Notes: generated by a model from the letters alone, not told the origin. A DNA stretch of 64,000 bases from Acidimicrobiia bacterium (GCA_030431785.1 JAUIIM010000003.1:23031-87030), one strand, 5' to 3'. Shown: positions 18,202-28,510, counted from the first letter of the stretch. Translations and numbers: made by a program.

Positions 18202-18945
18202 ATGAGAGAGATCGCTGATCGCGTCTACGTCCTCGGAACCCGGGCGCACAACTTCTATCTCGTGCGGAGCGGCGACGAGCTGACCATGGTCGACGCCGGC
18301 TGCTCGAAGGAATGGAAGTACGTAGCGGACGGGGTCGAGAAGATCGGGCTCAACATCGACGCAATCAAGTCGGTGATCGTCACACATGCACATTCGGACC
18401 ACTTCGGACTCGCCACCCGCGCCGAAACGGAGAGCATCGATATCCACGTCCACCACGACGAGGAGACGCGAGCCCTCGGGAGATACCGGGGGCGGTTCTC
18501 GGCGAGCTCCCGGGATATGCCGGTCTGGCGCCCGCACGTTCTGCGTATGTTCGTCCCGATGATGCTTCGCGGCGTGACAGACCTTGCGTTCCCGGATCAT
18601 GTGACCACCTTCGGTGACGAGGAAGAACTTGACGTACCGGGCAGACCTGTCGCGATCCACACGCCGGGTCATACGGAGGGACACGCAATGTTCCATCTCC
18701 CCGATAGAGGAGTCCTGTTCACCGGTGACGGACTTGCAACGATGAACCTTCTCCGCGGCGGCCAGGACGGGCCACAGGTGCTGGACGAAGTCTTCAACCT
18801 CGACCAGGACCAGACATACGCCTCGTTGCAACACATCGAGGAGATCGACGCCGGGACCCTGCTCCCGGGACATGGCCCGAAGTGGACAGGGTCTCCAGCC
18901 GTTGCAGCACAGCACGCCCGGGCGCGAAGGACGGGCGCCAGCTGA
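18202..18945 (+). CDS. MBL-fold metallo-hydrolase
   Basis: THAHSDH motif. Confidence 0.85.
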   Translation: MREIADRVYVLGTRAHNFYLVRSGDELTMVDAGCSKEWKYVADGVEKIGLNIDAIKSVIVTHAHSDHFGLATRAETESIDIHVHHDEETRALGRYRGRFSASSRDMPVWRPHVLRMFVPMMLRGVTDLAFPDHVTTFGDEEELDVPGRPVAIHTPGHTEGHAMFHLPDRGVLFTGDGLATMNLLRGGQDGPQVLDEVFNLDQDQTYASLQHIEEIDAGTLLPGHGPKWTGSPAVAAQHARARRTGAS

Positions 18946-18982
18946 CCGGCACCCGTCCTATCGGTTTCAGATTCCCTGACGT

Positions 18983-19504
18983 TCAGTCGACGGCGACCTC
19001 GACGAACAGTTCGCCGTCCGTGACCTCACCGGTCACACGCACGAGATTGTCGTACCACTGGACCTCCCCCTCCTCGACGAGCGCTAGTACGTTCATCGCC
19101 TCGGGGTTCGAAATGGTCAGGCTCGCTCCACCGCATTGCGGCGGGTATGACTCGGCGATCAGCTCGCACAGCTGGGCACCATTGGCGTCGGAAATGTAGA
19201 AGCCGGAGAAGGTCACAGGACCTGCGCCTTCGTACTCGGCGACATCCTCGATCGGTACGACCGGCAGATCGACGCTCGGGCCATCCGTCGGCTCATCGTC
19301 CGATGCGTTGGGCGGAAGCCCCTCGCCGGGTAGCTCACCGGGCGTGTCATTGCAGTCCACCGTGCCCTCAAGACACGCGCCTGCGATCGCTCCCGTTGTG
19401 GTGTCAGTGGAGTCGCCGTCATCGGTTGCCGTCGCGCAAGCGGCGGTCGCCATGACCAGCACGGCCATGAGCCCGAAGAGCACAAATCGTCTTCCCTTGA
19501 ACAT
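18983..19504 (-). CDS. Hypothetical lipoprotein
   Basis: Start at MFKGRRFVLFGLMAVLVMATAAC (lipobox). Confidence 0.6.
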   Translation of the reverse strand: MFKGRRFVLFGLMAVLVMATAACATATDDGDSTDTTTGAIAGACLEGTVDCNDTPGELPGEGLPPNASDDEPTDGPSVDLPVVPIEDVAEYEGAGPVTFSGFYISDANGAQLCELIAESYPPQCGGASLTISNPEAMNVLALVEEGEVQWYDNLVRVTGEVTDGELFVEVAVD

Positions 19505-19644
19505 TGGTGTGTCCTTCCCTGCAGGATTCTCTCTGAGATCTGACGATCGCCATACCCGATCGGGTTCCGGGAATCTGTCCCCAGATTCTGACGGTCCGCT
19601 GGCGCAACTAGCCTGCTCCACGACACCGAAAGGATGGGATTTCC

Positions 19645-20736
19645 GTGACCGACGTGCAAGTACGAGCCGAGCGCCTCCTCATGGGACCCGGTCCTGTCAA
19701 CGTGTACCCCGTTGCGCTCGAGACAGCGTCGCGCCCGATGATGGGTCACCTGGATCCGCTGTTCCTCGACATCCTCGACGAGACGAACGACCGCCTGCGA
19801 ACCGTGTTCGGAACATCCAATGTCCTCACCTTTCCGATCAGCGGCACCGGCTCGGCAGGCATGCAAGCCGCCTTCGTCAACTGGGTTGCACCGGGCGATG
19901 TCGTCGTGGTGGGCGTGAACGGCGTCTTCGGCGATCGGATGTGTGATGTCGCCGAGCGGCTGGGAGCCGAAGTCGTGCGCGTCGATCACGAATGGGGGCA
20001 ACCGGTCGACCCCGAACGAGTGCTCGGAGCACACCCGTCGCCTGACATCATCGCAGTGGTTCACGCCGAAACCTCGACCGGCGTGCGCTCCGACATCGCC
20101 CCGATCGGTGCGGGCAAGGGCGATGCGCTACTCCTCGTCGATTGCGTGACCTCGATCGGCGGGATCCCGGTGGAAGCCGACGACTGGGGCATCGACATCG
20201 CCTACGCCGGAACACAGAAATGTCTCGGGGCAGCTCCCGGGCTCGCCCCTTTCACAGCGAGCGACCGTGCCCTGGACCGGATGCTCGACCGTCCATCGTC
20301 CTGGTATCTCGACCTCAACCTGATCGCAACCTACGTGCGGGGCGACGGCAGCGGGCGTGCATACCACCACACTGCACCGATCAACGAGATCCGGGCCCTC
20401 CATGCAGTGCTGGGTGCGATGCTCGAAGAAGGTCTCGAGAACGTCCAAGCCAGACACCGTGCGTGCGGCGCAGCGCTCGTCGACGGGCTTACCGGGCTGG
20501 GGTTCACGCCGTATGCAGCAGAAGGGCATCGGCTGCCACACTTGGCGACTGCCTACCTCCCCGACGGCTTCGATGACGCTTCGAACCGTCGCACACTTCT
20601 CGACGACTACGACATCGAAGTCGGAGGAGGGCTCGGGGACGCCGCGGGCAAGATCTGGCGAGTGTCGACGATGGGACACAGTGCCCGGATGACCAATGTC
20701 AACCGCCTACTCGCTGCCCTCGGCAATCTGATCTGA
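19645..20736 (+). CDS. Class V aminotransferase (alanine-glyoxylate / serine-pyruvate type)
   Basis: 363 aa, GTG start. LLMGPGPVNV and TQKCLGAAPG (PLP Lys). Confidence 0.85.
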   Translation: MTDVQVRAERLLMGPGPVNVYPVALETASRPMMGHLDPLFLDILDETNDRLRTVFGTSNVLTFPISGTGSAGMQAAFVNWVAPGDVVVVGVNGVFGDRMCDVAERLGAEVVRVDHEWGQPVDPERVLGAHPSPDIIAVVHAETSTGVRSDIAPIGAGKGDALLLVDCVTSIGGIPVEADDWGIDIAYAGTQKCLGAAPGLAPFTASDRALDRMLDRPSSWYLDLNLIATYVRGDGSGRAYHHTAPINEIRALHAVLGAMLEEGLENVQARHRACGAALVDGLTGLGFTPYAAEGHRLPHLATAYLPDGFDDASNRRTLLDDYDIEVGGGLGDAAGKIWRVSTMGHSARMTNVNRLLAALGNLI

Positions 20737-20758
20737 CGACTCCGAGCCCATCAACCCG

Positions 20759-20953
20759 TTAGCCGTCTGCGTCCGCGGACTGGTGTCGCAGCCGGACGAC
20801 CGGGACGATCGTCACGGCAACCCACACGACCACGATCCATGCGGGTACGTCCGTCACAGCGATCAGGATCAGCAGCGAGAAATTGACCACCATCCAGACG
20901 ATCGGCACAAGTCGCCGAATCCAGTGTTCTGTTGTGGGTGCTTCAGCCGGCAT
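20759..20953 (-). CDS. Small two-TM membrane protein
   Basis: Start moved to MPAEAPTTEHWIRRLVPIVWMVV to limit overlap with the upstream oxidoreductase. Confidence 0.4.
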   Translation of the reverse strand: MPAEAPTTEHWIRRLVPIVWMVVNFSLLILIAVTDVPAWIVVVWVAVTIVPVVRLRHQSADADG

Positions 20954-21980
20954 CCCGGGAACCTCCGATGGTGATGACAGACTTCCCTCGCGCCTTGCCG
21001 TCGACGAGGTGTTGGATCGCTTGCGGGACGTCGGCGAGATGGTATCGGTCACCGATGGCCGGGACGACCTGTCCCTCTTCCATCATGCGACCCAGCTGGT
21101 CCATGAAGGTGTGATCCTCCTTGCTCATGAACATCTTGAGGCTCTGTGAGATGAACGGGGACAACAGCGTCGCGCGAATCTGCCGACCGATCCCACCCGT
21201 CCACCGACCGCCGCCTTCTCCACCGACGATCACCAAGGTGCCGGTCTCGGTCAGCGCACGCCGAATGCGTTTGACCGGATTGCGACCACCCGTATCGATG
21301 ATCACGTCGTAGGTCACCGACCCATCGAGATAGTCCTCGGTCGTGTAGTCGATCACGCGCTCTGCGCCGAGCGAAGCAACGAGGTCCGCCTTCGCCCCGC
21401 TGGCGACTCCGGTGACCCGCCCGCCCACTGCGCGAGCGATTTGGACCGCATACGACCCTACGCCACCAGAGGCGCCGATCACGAGGACGCTCTGGCCAGC
21501 TTCGAGCCCTGCTGCTGAGATTGCCTGCAGCGCGGTGATCCCTGATACGGCAGCGGCACCTGCTTCCTCGAACGAGACAGCGGCCGGTTTGTGGGCGAGC
21601 TTGGACTCGGTCACGACCGCGTACTCGGCGAAGGCGCCCTGCGCGATCCCGAAGACCTCGTCGCCGATGGCGAATCGTGTGACGGCCGCACCGACCGCAA
21701 CCACGACTCCCGAGGCATCGAGGCCGAGAACGGACTGCTTCGGTCCACGGAATCCGAATCCCATCGCGCGCATGACGTACGGCTCGCCGGTCATGAGGTG
21801 CCAGACGCCCTGGTCCACACCGGCGGCGCGGACCTCGATCAGTACCTCGTCGTCTTCGACCGACGGGACGGGCATGTCCCGGAGCTGCAGCGTGTCGACG
21901 CTGCCGTACCGGTCCTGAGTGATCGCCTGCATCGTGCGCTGCTCGACCGCTGGGTCGTGTGTCGTTTTCGTAGAAGACAT
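20943..21980 (-). CDS. Zinc-type/quinone oxidoreductase (MDR superfamily)
   Basis: 345 aa. VLVIGASGGVGSYAVQIA Rossmann motif. Confidence 0.85.
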   Translation of the reverse strand: MSSTKTTHDPAVEQRTMQAITQDRYGSVDTLQLRDMPVPSVEDDEVLIEVRAAGVDQGVWHLMTGEPYVMRAMGFGFRGPKQSVLGLDASGVVVAVGAAVTRFAIGDEVFGIAQGAFAEYAVVTESKLAHKPAAVSFEEAGAAAVSGITALQAISAAGLEAGQSVLVIGASGGVGSYAVQIARAVGGRVTGVASGAKADLVASLGAERVIDYTTEDYLDGSVTYDVIIDTGGRNPVKRIRRALTETGTLVIVGGEGGGRWTGGIGRQIRATLLSPFISQSLKMFMSKEDHTFMDQLGRMMEEGQVVPAIGDRYHLADVPQAIQHLVDGKARGKSVITIGGSRDAG

Positions 21981-22051
21981 TGCTGCTCAGTTCCCTTCGC
22001 CTTCGTACTTAGTACGGTATCGTATGCACAACGTACACGTACTTAGTACGA

Positions 22052-22738
22052 TTGTCAACAACGAATCGGAGGGATCGCATGGCAGATGCCAAGAAGCGAC
22101 GAAAAGCGCTCAGCAAAGAGCGAATACTCGTGGCAGCCGTAGAGCTTGCGGATGAGATCGGGGTGGATGCGCTGACGATCCGGAAGCTGGCTACTGCGCT
22201 CGACACCGCTCCGATGTCGATCTACCACCACCTCGGGTCGAAGGATGAGATCATCGACGGGATGGTCGAGGTGGTCTTCTCCGAGATCGCGCTCCCGCCC
22301 GAGGACCTGCCGTGGCAAGCAGCGATCCGGGTGCGGTGCGAGTCCGCCCGAGACACGATGCGTCGACATCCATGGGCTCCGCCCTTGATGGAATCCAGGG
22401 TGAATCCGGGACCCCAGAATCTCGGGCACCACGAAGCAGTACTCGAGTGTCTGCAGCGTGGCGGTCTCCCGACGCACCTGGTCGCGCACGCCTACGCCAT
22501 CCTCGACGCGTTCATCTACGGGTTCTCGTTCCAGGAAGCAGTCCTGCCGTGGGACTCGACCGAGGAGCTGGAAGCGCTCGCCGACGCCTTTGCCGAGGCC
22601 GACGTGTTCGGCCCGTACCCCAGCCTCGCTCGATTCACTGAGGAACATGTCCTCCAGCCCGGTTACGACTTCGGCGACTCGTTCGGCTTTGGCCTCGACC
22701 TCATCATCGGCGGGATACAGCGAGCTGCGGACGAGTGA
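22052..22738 (+). CDS. TetR-family transcriptional regulator
   Basis: ILVAAVELADEIGVDALTIRKLATALDTAPMSIYHH HTH. Start may be at MADAKK (22079). Confidence 0.85.
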   Translation: MSTTNRRDRMADAKKRRKALSKERILVAAVELADEIGVDALTIRKLATALDTAPMSIYHHLGSKDEIIDGMVEVVFSEIALPPEDLPWQAAIRVRCESARDTMRRHPWAPPLMESRVNPGPQNLGHHEAVLECLQRGGLPTHLVAHAYAILDAFIYGFSFQEAVLPWDSTEELEALADAFAEADVFGPYPSLARFTEEHVLQPGYDFGDSFGFGLDLIIGGIQRAADE

Positions 22739-22821
22739 CCTCCGCATCCGCCGATCCGTGGGAAGAGTCCTTGTCCGCGCAACGTTGGACCTTGTAGCGA
22801 CCACCGTGGACTGGAGCGCAC

Positions 22822-23334
22822 ATGAATGCCATCGACGTCGGCCTCCTCGCCCTTCGGCTCGTCCTTGGGGTGGTGTTCGTCGCACACGGGATCAAGCATG
22901 CGCGAGCTCGACACAAGACCTCGAGATGGTTTGCCAGCATCGGATTCAAGGCTCCCGACTTCCAGTGGCTCATGTCCACGGCGACCGAGATCGGCGCAGG
23001 GGCCCTCCTGATCGCCGGCCTGCTGACGAGCTTCGCTTCCGCTGCCATCGTTGGCATCATGTTCGTCGCGTTCTGGACGGTGCATCGTGCGGCCGGGTTC
23101 TTCATCACTGCCTTCATGAAAGACGGCATCGATGTCGAGGGTTGGGAGTACGTCTTCGTGCTCGCCGTAGTCGCCGCCGCTCTGGTGATCACGGGTCCGG
23201 GTGAGCTATCCGTCGACCATGCCATCGGCTTTGCAGACGCCTTCGACGGGTGGGTTGGTGCGGCTGCTGCACTGTCCGGAGTCGTCGCCGGATCCGGGCT
23301 TCTCGCCGCCTTCTGGCGTCCCGACCGCACCTGA
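22822..23334 (+). CDS. DoxX family membrane protein
   Basis: LALRLVLGVVFVAHGIKH signature. Confidence 0.85.
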   Translation: MNAIDVGLLALRLVLGVVFVAHGIKHARARHKTSRWFASIGFKAPDFQWLMSTATEIGAGALLIAGLLTSFASAAIVGIMFVAFWTVHRAAGFFITAFMKDGIDVEGWEYVFVLAVVAAALVITGPGELSVDHAIGFADAFDGWVGAAAALSGVVAGSGLLAAFWRPDRT

Positions 23335-23360
23335 CCTTCGGTCGAGCTACGCTCGCTACC

Positions 23361-24533
23361 TTGCAGCAGACACACATCCGTACCACCGCCATCGCCGTAG
23401 CCCTCGCACTCGCCATCGTCGGGTGCGCCGGTACCGATACGGCGACGGAAACCTCGACGTCGACCACGGTGGCGTCGACCACCACGACCACCCTTCCGCC
23501 CTACGACTTCGACGCGGTTTCGGACTTGATGTCCGACTTCGTCCAACAGCAGGGTCTCGCCGGTGCCGGTCTCATCGTCCTCGACCGCGATCACGGAACG
23601 GTCCACGAGGAGTACTGGGGCGACTTCACTGCCGATCGTGTGTCACTGATCGCATCGGCGAGCAAGATGCTGAGCGCTGGAGTTCTCCTCCGGCTCTCCG
23701 ACCTCGGGCTCCTCGACCTCGATCTTCCGATTGCGGACCAGGTCGACTGGGTGACAGACAATCCGACGATCACACCGGCGCAGTTGCTGTCCAACAGCTC
23801 GGGCCTCGTCGGTATCTATCAGGATCCCGTGTACTTCCCGTACCTCTGCCAGTACCTCCCCGAGCCGACCATCCAGGAGTGCGGGGAGACCATCTTCACG
23901 ACGACCGACGATGATGCCGACATCATCCCACCGGACACGGCGTTTCGGTATGGCGGCGGCCAGTGGCAGGTCGCCGGTGCCGTCGCCGAGGCGGTCTCCG
24001 GGCTGTCGTGGGCGGCGTTGATCGACGAGACCTACATCGAACCGTGCGGACTCGCACCGGGGAGCCTCGGATACGGCAACTACTTCTCCCAGATGGGGAA
24101 CGGCTATGACTACCCGACCGAGTTCGGGGGCGATCCCACGATGTTCGATCCCACGGAAAACCCGAACATCGAAGCCGGCGCCTATGCGACACCTGACGTG
24201 TTCGAGCAGGTCCTTCTCATGTACCTGCGTGGTGGTGAATGCCGGGGCGGGGAACGAGTGCTGTCGCCCCAAGCGGTCGACCGGGCGGTAACCGACCGGG
24301 TGCGAGAGGTGTACGGCGGAAGCGCAGGTCCCGCGCGCGGCTACGGGCTCGGCATGTGGGTCGAACGCGGGACCGGCTGGACGAACTCGGTCGGAGCATT
24401 CGGGGCGACACCCGCGCTCAACATCGAAGAGGGAATCGCCTACTACCTCGTCATCGAAGCGAACGAAGCGACGTGGAAGTCGATCGACCAGGCGTTGCGT
24501 CTCGCCATAGAAGACGTCATGGGTACCGACTGA
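23361..24533 (+). CDS. Serine hydrolase (beta-lactamase/PBP4* family) lipoprotein
   Basis: SASK (S-x-x-K) motif. TTG start chosen downstream of the doxX stop. Lipobox IVGCAG. Confidence 0.8.
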   Translation: MQQTHIRTTAIAVALALAIVGCAGTDTATETSTSTTVASTTTTTLPPYDFDAVSDLMSDFVQQQGLAGAGLIVLDRDHGTVHEEYWGDFTADRVSLIASASKMLSAGVLLRLSDLGLLDLDLPIADQVDWVTDNPTITPAQLLSNSSGLVGIYQDPVYFPYLCQYLPEPTIQECGETIFTTTDDDADIIPPDTAFRYGGGQWQVAGAVAEAVSGLSWAALIDETYIEPCGLAPGSLGYGNYFSQMGNGYDYPTEFGGDPTMFDPTENPNIEAGAYATPDVFEQVLLMYLRGGECRGGERVLSPQAVDRAVTDRVREVYGGSAGPARGYGLGMWVERGTGWTNSVGAFGATPALNIEEGIAYYLVIEANEATWKSIDQALRLAIEDVMGTD

Positions 24534-24563
24534 AACGTCGACGGCACAGTGGAAGTACGTCCG

Positions 24564-26297
24564 TCACGCGATCGAACGGACCTCAGATGCCTCCTCGTCG
24601 GGCGCGACGACATCGAGGTCTTGGGCGGCCGCTCCTGGAACGGTGACGAAGAAGCACGCTCCCCCGAGGATCTCCGATGTCCGATAGCTAGCCGAGCCGC
24701 CGTGGGCTTCGGCGATCGCTCGGACGATGGCGAGCCCGATACCCGAACCCGGCGTCACGGCATTGAGACGGTTGGGGCCTCGTTCGAAGCGTTCCCACAC
24801 GCGGACCTCGTGACGTCGTGGAACTCCCGGTCCGTCGTCGTGCACCTCGAACGTGACGGAGTCGTCGTCGGTGACGATCTTGAGTCGCGTCGTCGATCCG
24901 CCGTAGCGAGCGGCGTTGGTGAGAAGGTTGACGAGGACTTGCTGCATTCGGGCACGGTCGACCAGCGCAACGAAGTCCGGCTGAGGTTCCAGACCGACGG
25001 CGTCCGGACTCCTACCTGTGGCTTGGATCGCCGCGGTTGCGAGTTCGTCCACGGGGACTGGTTCGACCTCGAGGTTGAGGGATCCATCCGAACCTCGAGC
25101 GAGCATGATCAAATCCGACACGATCGTCGACATGTAGTCGGCCTGCTCACGGATGATGCCCAGCATGCTCAACGCGTCATCGTCGAGCTTCTCGTGGTCC
25201 TCTTCGAGCAGGTCGACGAAACCGACGATCGCCGTCAGTGGTGTCCTCAACTCGTGTGAGATCGTGGTCACGAGGAGGTCGCGTTGCTCCTCGATCGTCG
25301 CACGGTATTCGAGGATGGCCACACCCTGCCGAGCGATGACGAGAACCCCGACGACGATCACTGCCGGCAAGAGGATCGGATCCGACGCCGCCTCCGCACC
25401 GACGATCGTCTCCACGACGAACACGGCCAACATCCCGAAGGCCGGGACGTACGGAGTGACCTGCGTCCAGAGCGGTGGATTGCGATCGGCATACTCGCGA
25501 CCGGCGGTCGGCATGCCAACGACCCACGCTGAAGCGAAGAAGAAGCCCATGGCAGTCAGATTGACCCAATAGGGCGGGTTGGCAGCTTGAAACGAACCCG
25601 ACTGTGCCGCTGCGAAGAAGGCGATATCTCCGAGCACCTGGAAGAAGACGGCGATGGCGAACAGTGCGACGCGGAGGTCGAACCGGTGACGCGACCTCCG
25701 GAGCAACACTGTCATTGCCACGGTGAGGATTGCGAGGTCGAGGAAAGGATAGAAGGCGCCGATCATCCGAGTCATCATCGAGGCATCGGCGAGGTTGGAG
25801 GTCATCTCGCCGAGGAAGAGAACCCACAACAACGCTGCGATCGACACGGCACCGATGAGCCCGTCGAGGACCATCCGAAGCCGCTGCATCGGCGACCCGT
25901 GGACCTGTGGGAGGACGGCGGCACCGATGAGGACCAGGACGTAGGTCGCGAGGAAGAACAGATCGGTCCAGCCGAACGCCGGTGCATCGCCCTGGACCAA
26001 GAAGACGACACCGACGACGAGAACACCGAGTGCGGCGACACACATGCCGGTACCGACCAGCGACCATCCCAGACGCTCTCGACCGTTGAGGGCTCCGGCG
26101 TTCTTGATGAACAGGACACCGGCGAGGGTGGCACCGATCATCACACCGATCGCACCGGCGGAGTCGGCAACATCCTTGGTACCGACGAGGGTCAGCAGCG
26201 CACAGAACGCGAGGAACCCGAACACCGCCTTGGGGAAGGTTCCGAACCGTTTGGTGGTGCTCGTGTTCGTGATGGATGGGCGCGCAAGAAGCCTCAC
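24564..26297 (-). CDS. Sensor histidine kinase with about 10 TM helices and no large extracytoplasmic domain; no cognate response regulator adjacent
   Basis: 577 aa. H-box ISHELRTPLTAIVGF, N-box LLTNAARYG, DDGPGVP, GSGIGLAIV. N-terminal ~330 aa almost entirely hydrophobic helices. Confidence 0.9.
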   Translation of the reverse strand: MRLLARPSITNTSTTKRFGTFPKAVFGFLAFCALLTLVGTKDVADSAGAIGVMIGATLAGVLFIKNAGALNGRERLGWSLVGTGMCVAALGVLVVGVVFLVQGDAPAFGWTDLFFLATYVLVLIGAAVLPQVHGSPMQRLRMVLDGLIGAVSIAALLWVLFLGEMTSNLADASMMTRMIGAFYPFLDLAILTVAMTVLLRRSRHRFDLRVALFAIAVFFQVLGDIAFFAAAQSGSFQAANPPYWVNLTAMGFFFASAWVVGMPTAGREYADRNPPLWTQVTPYVPAFGMLAVFVVETIVGAEAASDPILLPAVIVVGVLVIARQGVAILEYRATIEEQRDLLVTTISHELRTPLTAIVGFVDLLEEDHEKLDDDALSMLGIIREQADYMSTIVSDLIMLARGSDGSLNLEVEPVPVDELATAAIQATGRSPDAVGLEPQPDFVALVDRARMQQVLVNLLTNAARYGGSTTRLKIVTDDDSVTFEVHDDGPGVPRRHEVRVWERFERGPNRLNAVTPGSGIGLAIVRAIAEAHGGSASYRTSEILGGACFFVTVPGAAAQDLDVVAPDEEASEVRSIA

Positions 26298-26356
26298 CCA
26301 TTTGTCATCGGCGGATTCCCGAGGGAATAAAGCGGTTCAGCGGAACCGTCGTGCGG

Positions 26357-27640
26357 TCATTTGAGCTCGATGTGCCACTCGACCGGCGTCACGAGGCCCT
26401 TGATGTTCTTGGTGAGGGCGTCCATGAATCGCTCGAGGTCGCGCTCCGTCTGGAACGCGGTGGTCGTGAACCGGATTCCGTCCATGCCTTTCGGGACCAC
26501 GGGGAAGCCGGACAGATTCACATAGAAGCCGTCGTCCATCATGCGCCGGGTGTACTCCATCGCATTCTCGAGTGTGCCGCAGCGGACGAACCAGAGCGGG
26601 GTCCGCTCCAGCGACAAGGCAGGCAGTTGGGCGTCCACGAGACGGTCACGCACGTAGTCGATCCGGGAAAGGAGTTGCCGCTCACGCTCGTCGCGCTCGG
26701 GAGACAGGTGGAAGTCCGCCGCGGCGACGGCTGCTCCCAGCTCGGCGGGATGAACGGGTCCGGAGAACGTGAACGTTGCACCTGCGAGAAGCACCGCATC
26801 CGCCATCTCCTGCGAGGGGAGGACCACGACGGAACCACCTGCTCCCCACGACTTTGCGAGGGAGCCGATGACGATCATCCGCTCGTGGAACGGCACTTCG
26901 GAGAAGACATGACCGATGCCGTGGCGGCCCTTCCACCCCACGCCGTGGGCGTCGTCGTAGTAGAGGAAGAGGTTGGGGAACTCGTCGAGCAACGGGGCGA
27001 TTCGGCGCACGGGTGCCGAGTCGCCATACATCGAGTAGATCCCGTCGGCGAGGTACCACACCCGCGCGTGTTTCGACGCATCGGCGGTCAGGGCACTGTG
27101 GAGAGCTTCGACATCGTTGTGGGGGATGGTGCGGACGGTGGCCCCGAGCCCACGGAGCACACCGGTCGTGAGTTGCACGGAGGCGTGGACCTGATGGTCG
27201 AGGAGGACGAGATCACCCGGCGCCACGAGAACGGGCAACACCGACAAGTGCCCCAGGGTCGTGGTCGTCGGGATGAGCACGTGACCGGGCGTGAAGATCT
27301 TCTGGAGCCGGTCTTCAAGGTCCGAGTACAAATCGACGGACGTGTACGCAGCCGACGAAGAGTAGACCGGCCCGTAGCGATCGAGCGCAGCCTTGGCTCC
27401 GTCGATGAGCCGCTGATCGGTGTTGAGCCCGAGATAGGCGCAGGATCCGTAGTTGAGCAGATCCTGCCCGTTGACATTGATCGTGCGACTGTCGGATGAT
27501 TGATCGTGGACTCTGAGTCGTATCAGTCCGTTGTCCACGGCAGTGCCCAGCCGCTCTTGGACGACTTTGAGCATCTTCTCTCGATCGGACACCACTTTCG
27601 CATCCACGGTTCCCGGCCTCCACATCCATCTACCGACCAC
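26357..27640 (-). CDS. Alpha-oxoamine synthase family PLP-dependent acyltransferase (BioF/Kbl/Spt/CqsA superfamily)
   Basis: NYGSCAYLGLN, DHQVHASV, YYDDAHGVG, SLAKSWG (PLP Lys). Start ambiguous (27640 GTG / 27625 ATG / 27574 ATG). Confidence 0.85.
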   Translation of the reverse strand: MVGRWMWRPGTVDAKVVSDREKMLKVVQERLGTAVDNGLIRLRVHDQSSDSRTINVNGQDLLNYGSCAYLGLNTDQRLIDGAKAALDRYGPVYSSSAAYTSVDLYSDLEDRLQKIFTPGHVLIPTTTTLGHLSVLPVLVAPGDLVLLDHQVHASVQLTTGVLRGLGATVRTIPHNDVEALHSALTADASKHARVWYLADGIYSMYGDSAPVRRIAPLLDEFPNLFLYYDDAHGVGWKGRHGIGHVFSEVPFHERMIVIGSLAKSWGAGGSVVVLPSQEMADAVLLAGATFTFSGPVHPAELGAAVAAADFHLSPERDERERQLLSRIDYVRDRLVDAQLPALSLERTPLWFVRCGTLENAMEYTRRMMDDGFYVNLSGFPVVPKGMDGIRFTTTAFQTERDLERFMDALTKNIKGLVTPVEWHIELK

Positions 27641-27736
27641 GAAACCGCACCATACCCGCCAAGTGACTAGACAGCGCGAATCTCAACCCGCACGGCTAGC
27701 AGGACGTTCGGCTCGGGATCGCGGAGCACGCCACTC

Positions 27737-27761
27737 GGTGCGCTCCCAACTCCGGAGTGGG
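27737..27761 (-). terminator. Hairpin just downstream of the ABC-2 permease stop
   Basis: CGCTCCCA-ACTCCGGAG-TGGGAGCG, 8-bp stem; loop contains palindrome CTCCGGAG. No U-tract. Confidence 0.4.
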
Positions 27762-27766
27762 AGCGA

Positions 27767-28510
27767 TCACTCCCATCGGAAGACACGGGTTGCGACCACA
27801 CCGAGAACCGCGGCATACACCACCATCACGAGCAGGTGCTGGATCGACGGAACGGAACCGGTGGCTGCGTCGGTCATCGCCTGCACCGCGGCACCCAGCG
27901 GTGTCAGGTTGGCCACCGTGGCCAATCCGTCCGACATGAAGGCTCTGGGCACGTAGACCCCGGCGAAGAACAGCATCGGGAAGAACAATGCGAATCCGAG
28001 TACTTGCGCAACCGAGGTCGAGCGGGCTACCGCCCCGATGAGCAAGCCCAGCGCAAGCATCGACGCCGTGCCCAACACGAACGAGACCGCAAACCAGATC
28101 GGCGACTCCGGAAGGGGAACACCGAACGCAACGGCCCCTGCCACCAGGGTCAGCGCCACACCGGCGATCGCGACCATCGCGATCACGTTGAGGTGCGCAA
28201 CGAGGAGCTTGGCCGGATGCACCGGCGTTGTACGCATCCTGCGGAGGATGCCTTCTTCCCGGTCAGTGACGATCGTCATCGGGAGGGTCATCAGCGAGAG
28301 CATCGCCAGCGCCAGGCCGATCACGGTCGACGGGTATACGTCGATCAACCGAGCACCGTCGAGTTCGGCGAGCGGCTCGTCGAACCCGGGGAACAGGAAG
28401 CCGATCGCAACCAGCAGCAGGGGCGGGAACACGAGGCCGAACGTGAGCCACATCGGCTCGCGGAGGAAGAGCTTGGTGTCGAGTCGGGTGAGTGATGCGA
28501 TCGCGCTCAT
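27767..28510 (-). CDS. ABC-2 type transporter permease
   Basis: 247 aa, 6 TM, overlaps the upstream ATPase stop by 4 nt. Confidence 0.85.
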   Translation of the reverse strand: MSAIASLTRLDTKLFLREPMWLTFGLVFPPLLLVAIGFLFPGFDEPLAELDGARLIDVYPSTVIGLALAMLSLMTLPMTIVTDREEGILRRMRTTPVHPAKLLVAHLNVIAMVAIAGVALTLVAGAVAFGVPLPESPIWFAVSFVLGTASMLALGLLIGAVARSTSVAQVLGFALFFPMLFFAGVYVPRAFMSDGLATVANLTPLGAAVQAMTDAATGSVPSIQHLLVMVVYAAVLGVVATRVFRWE

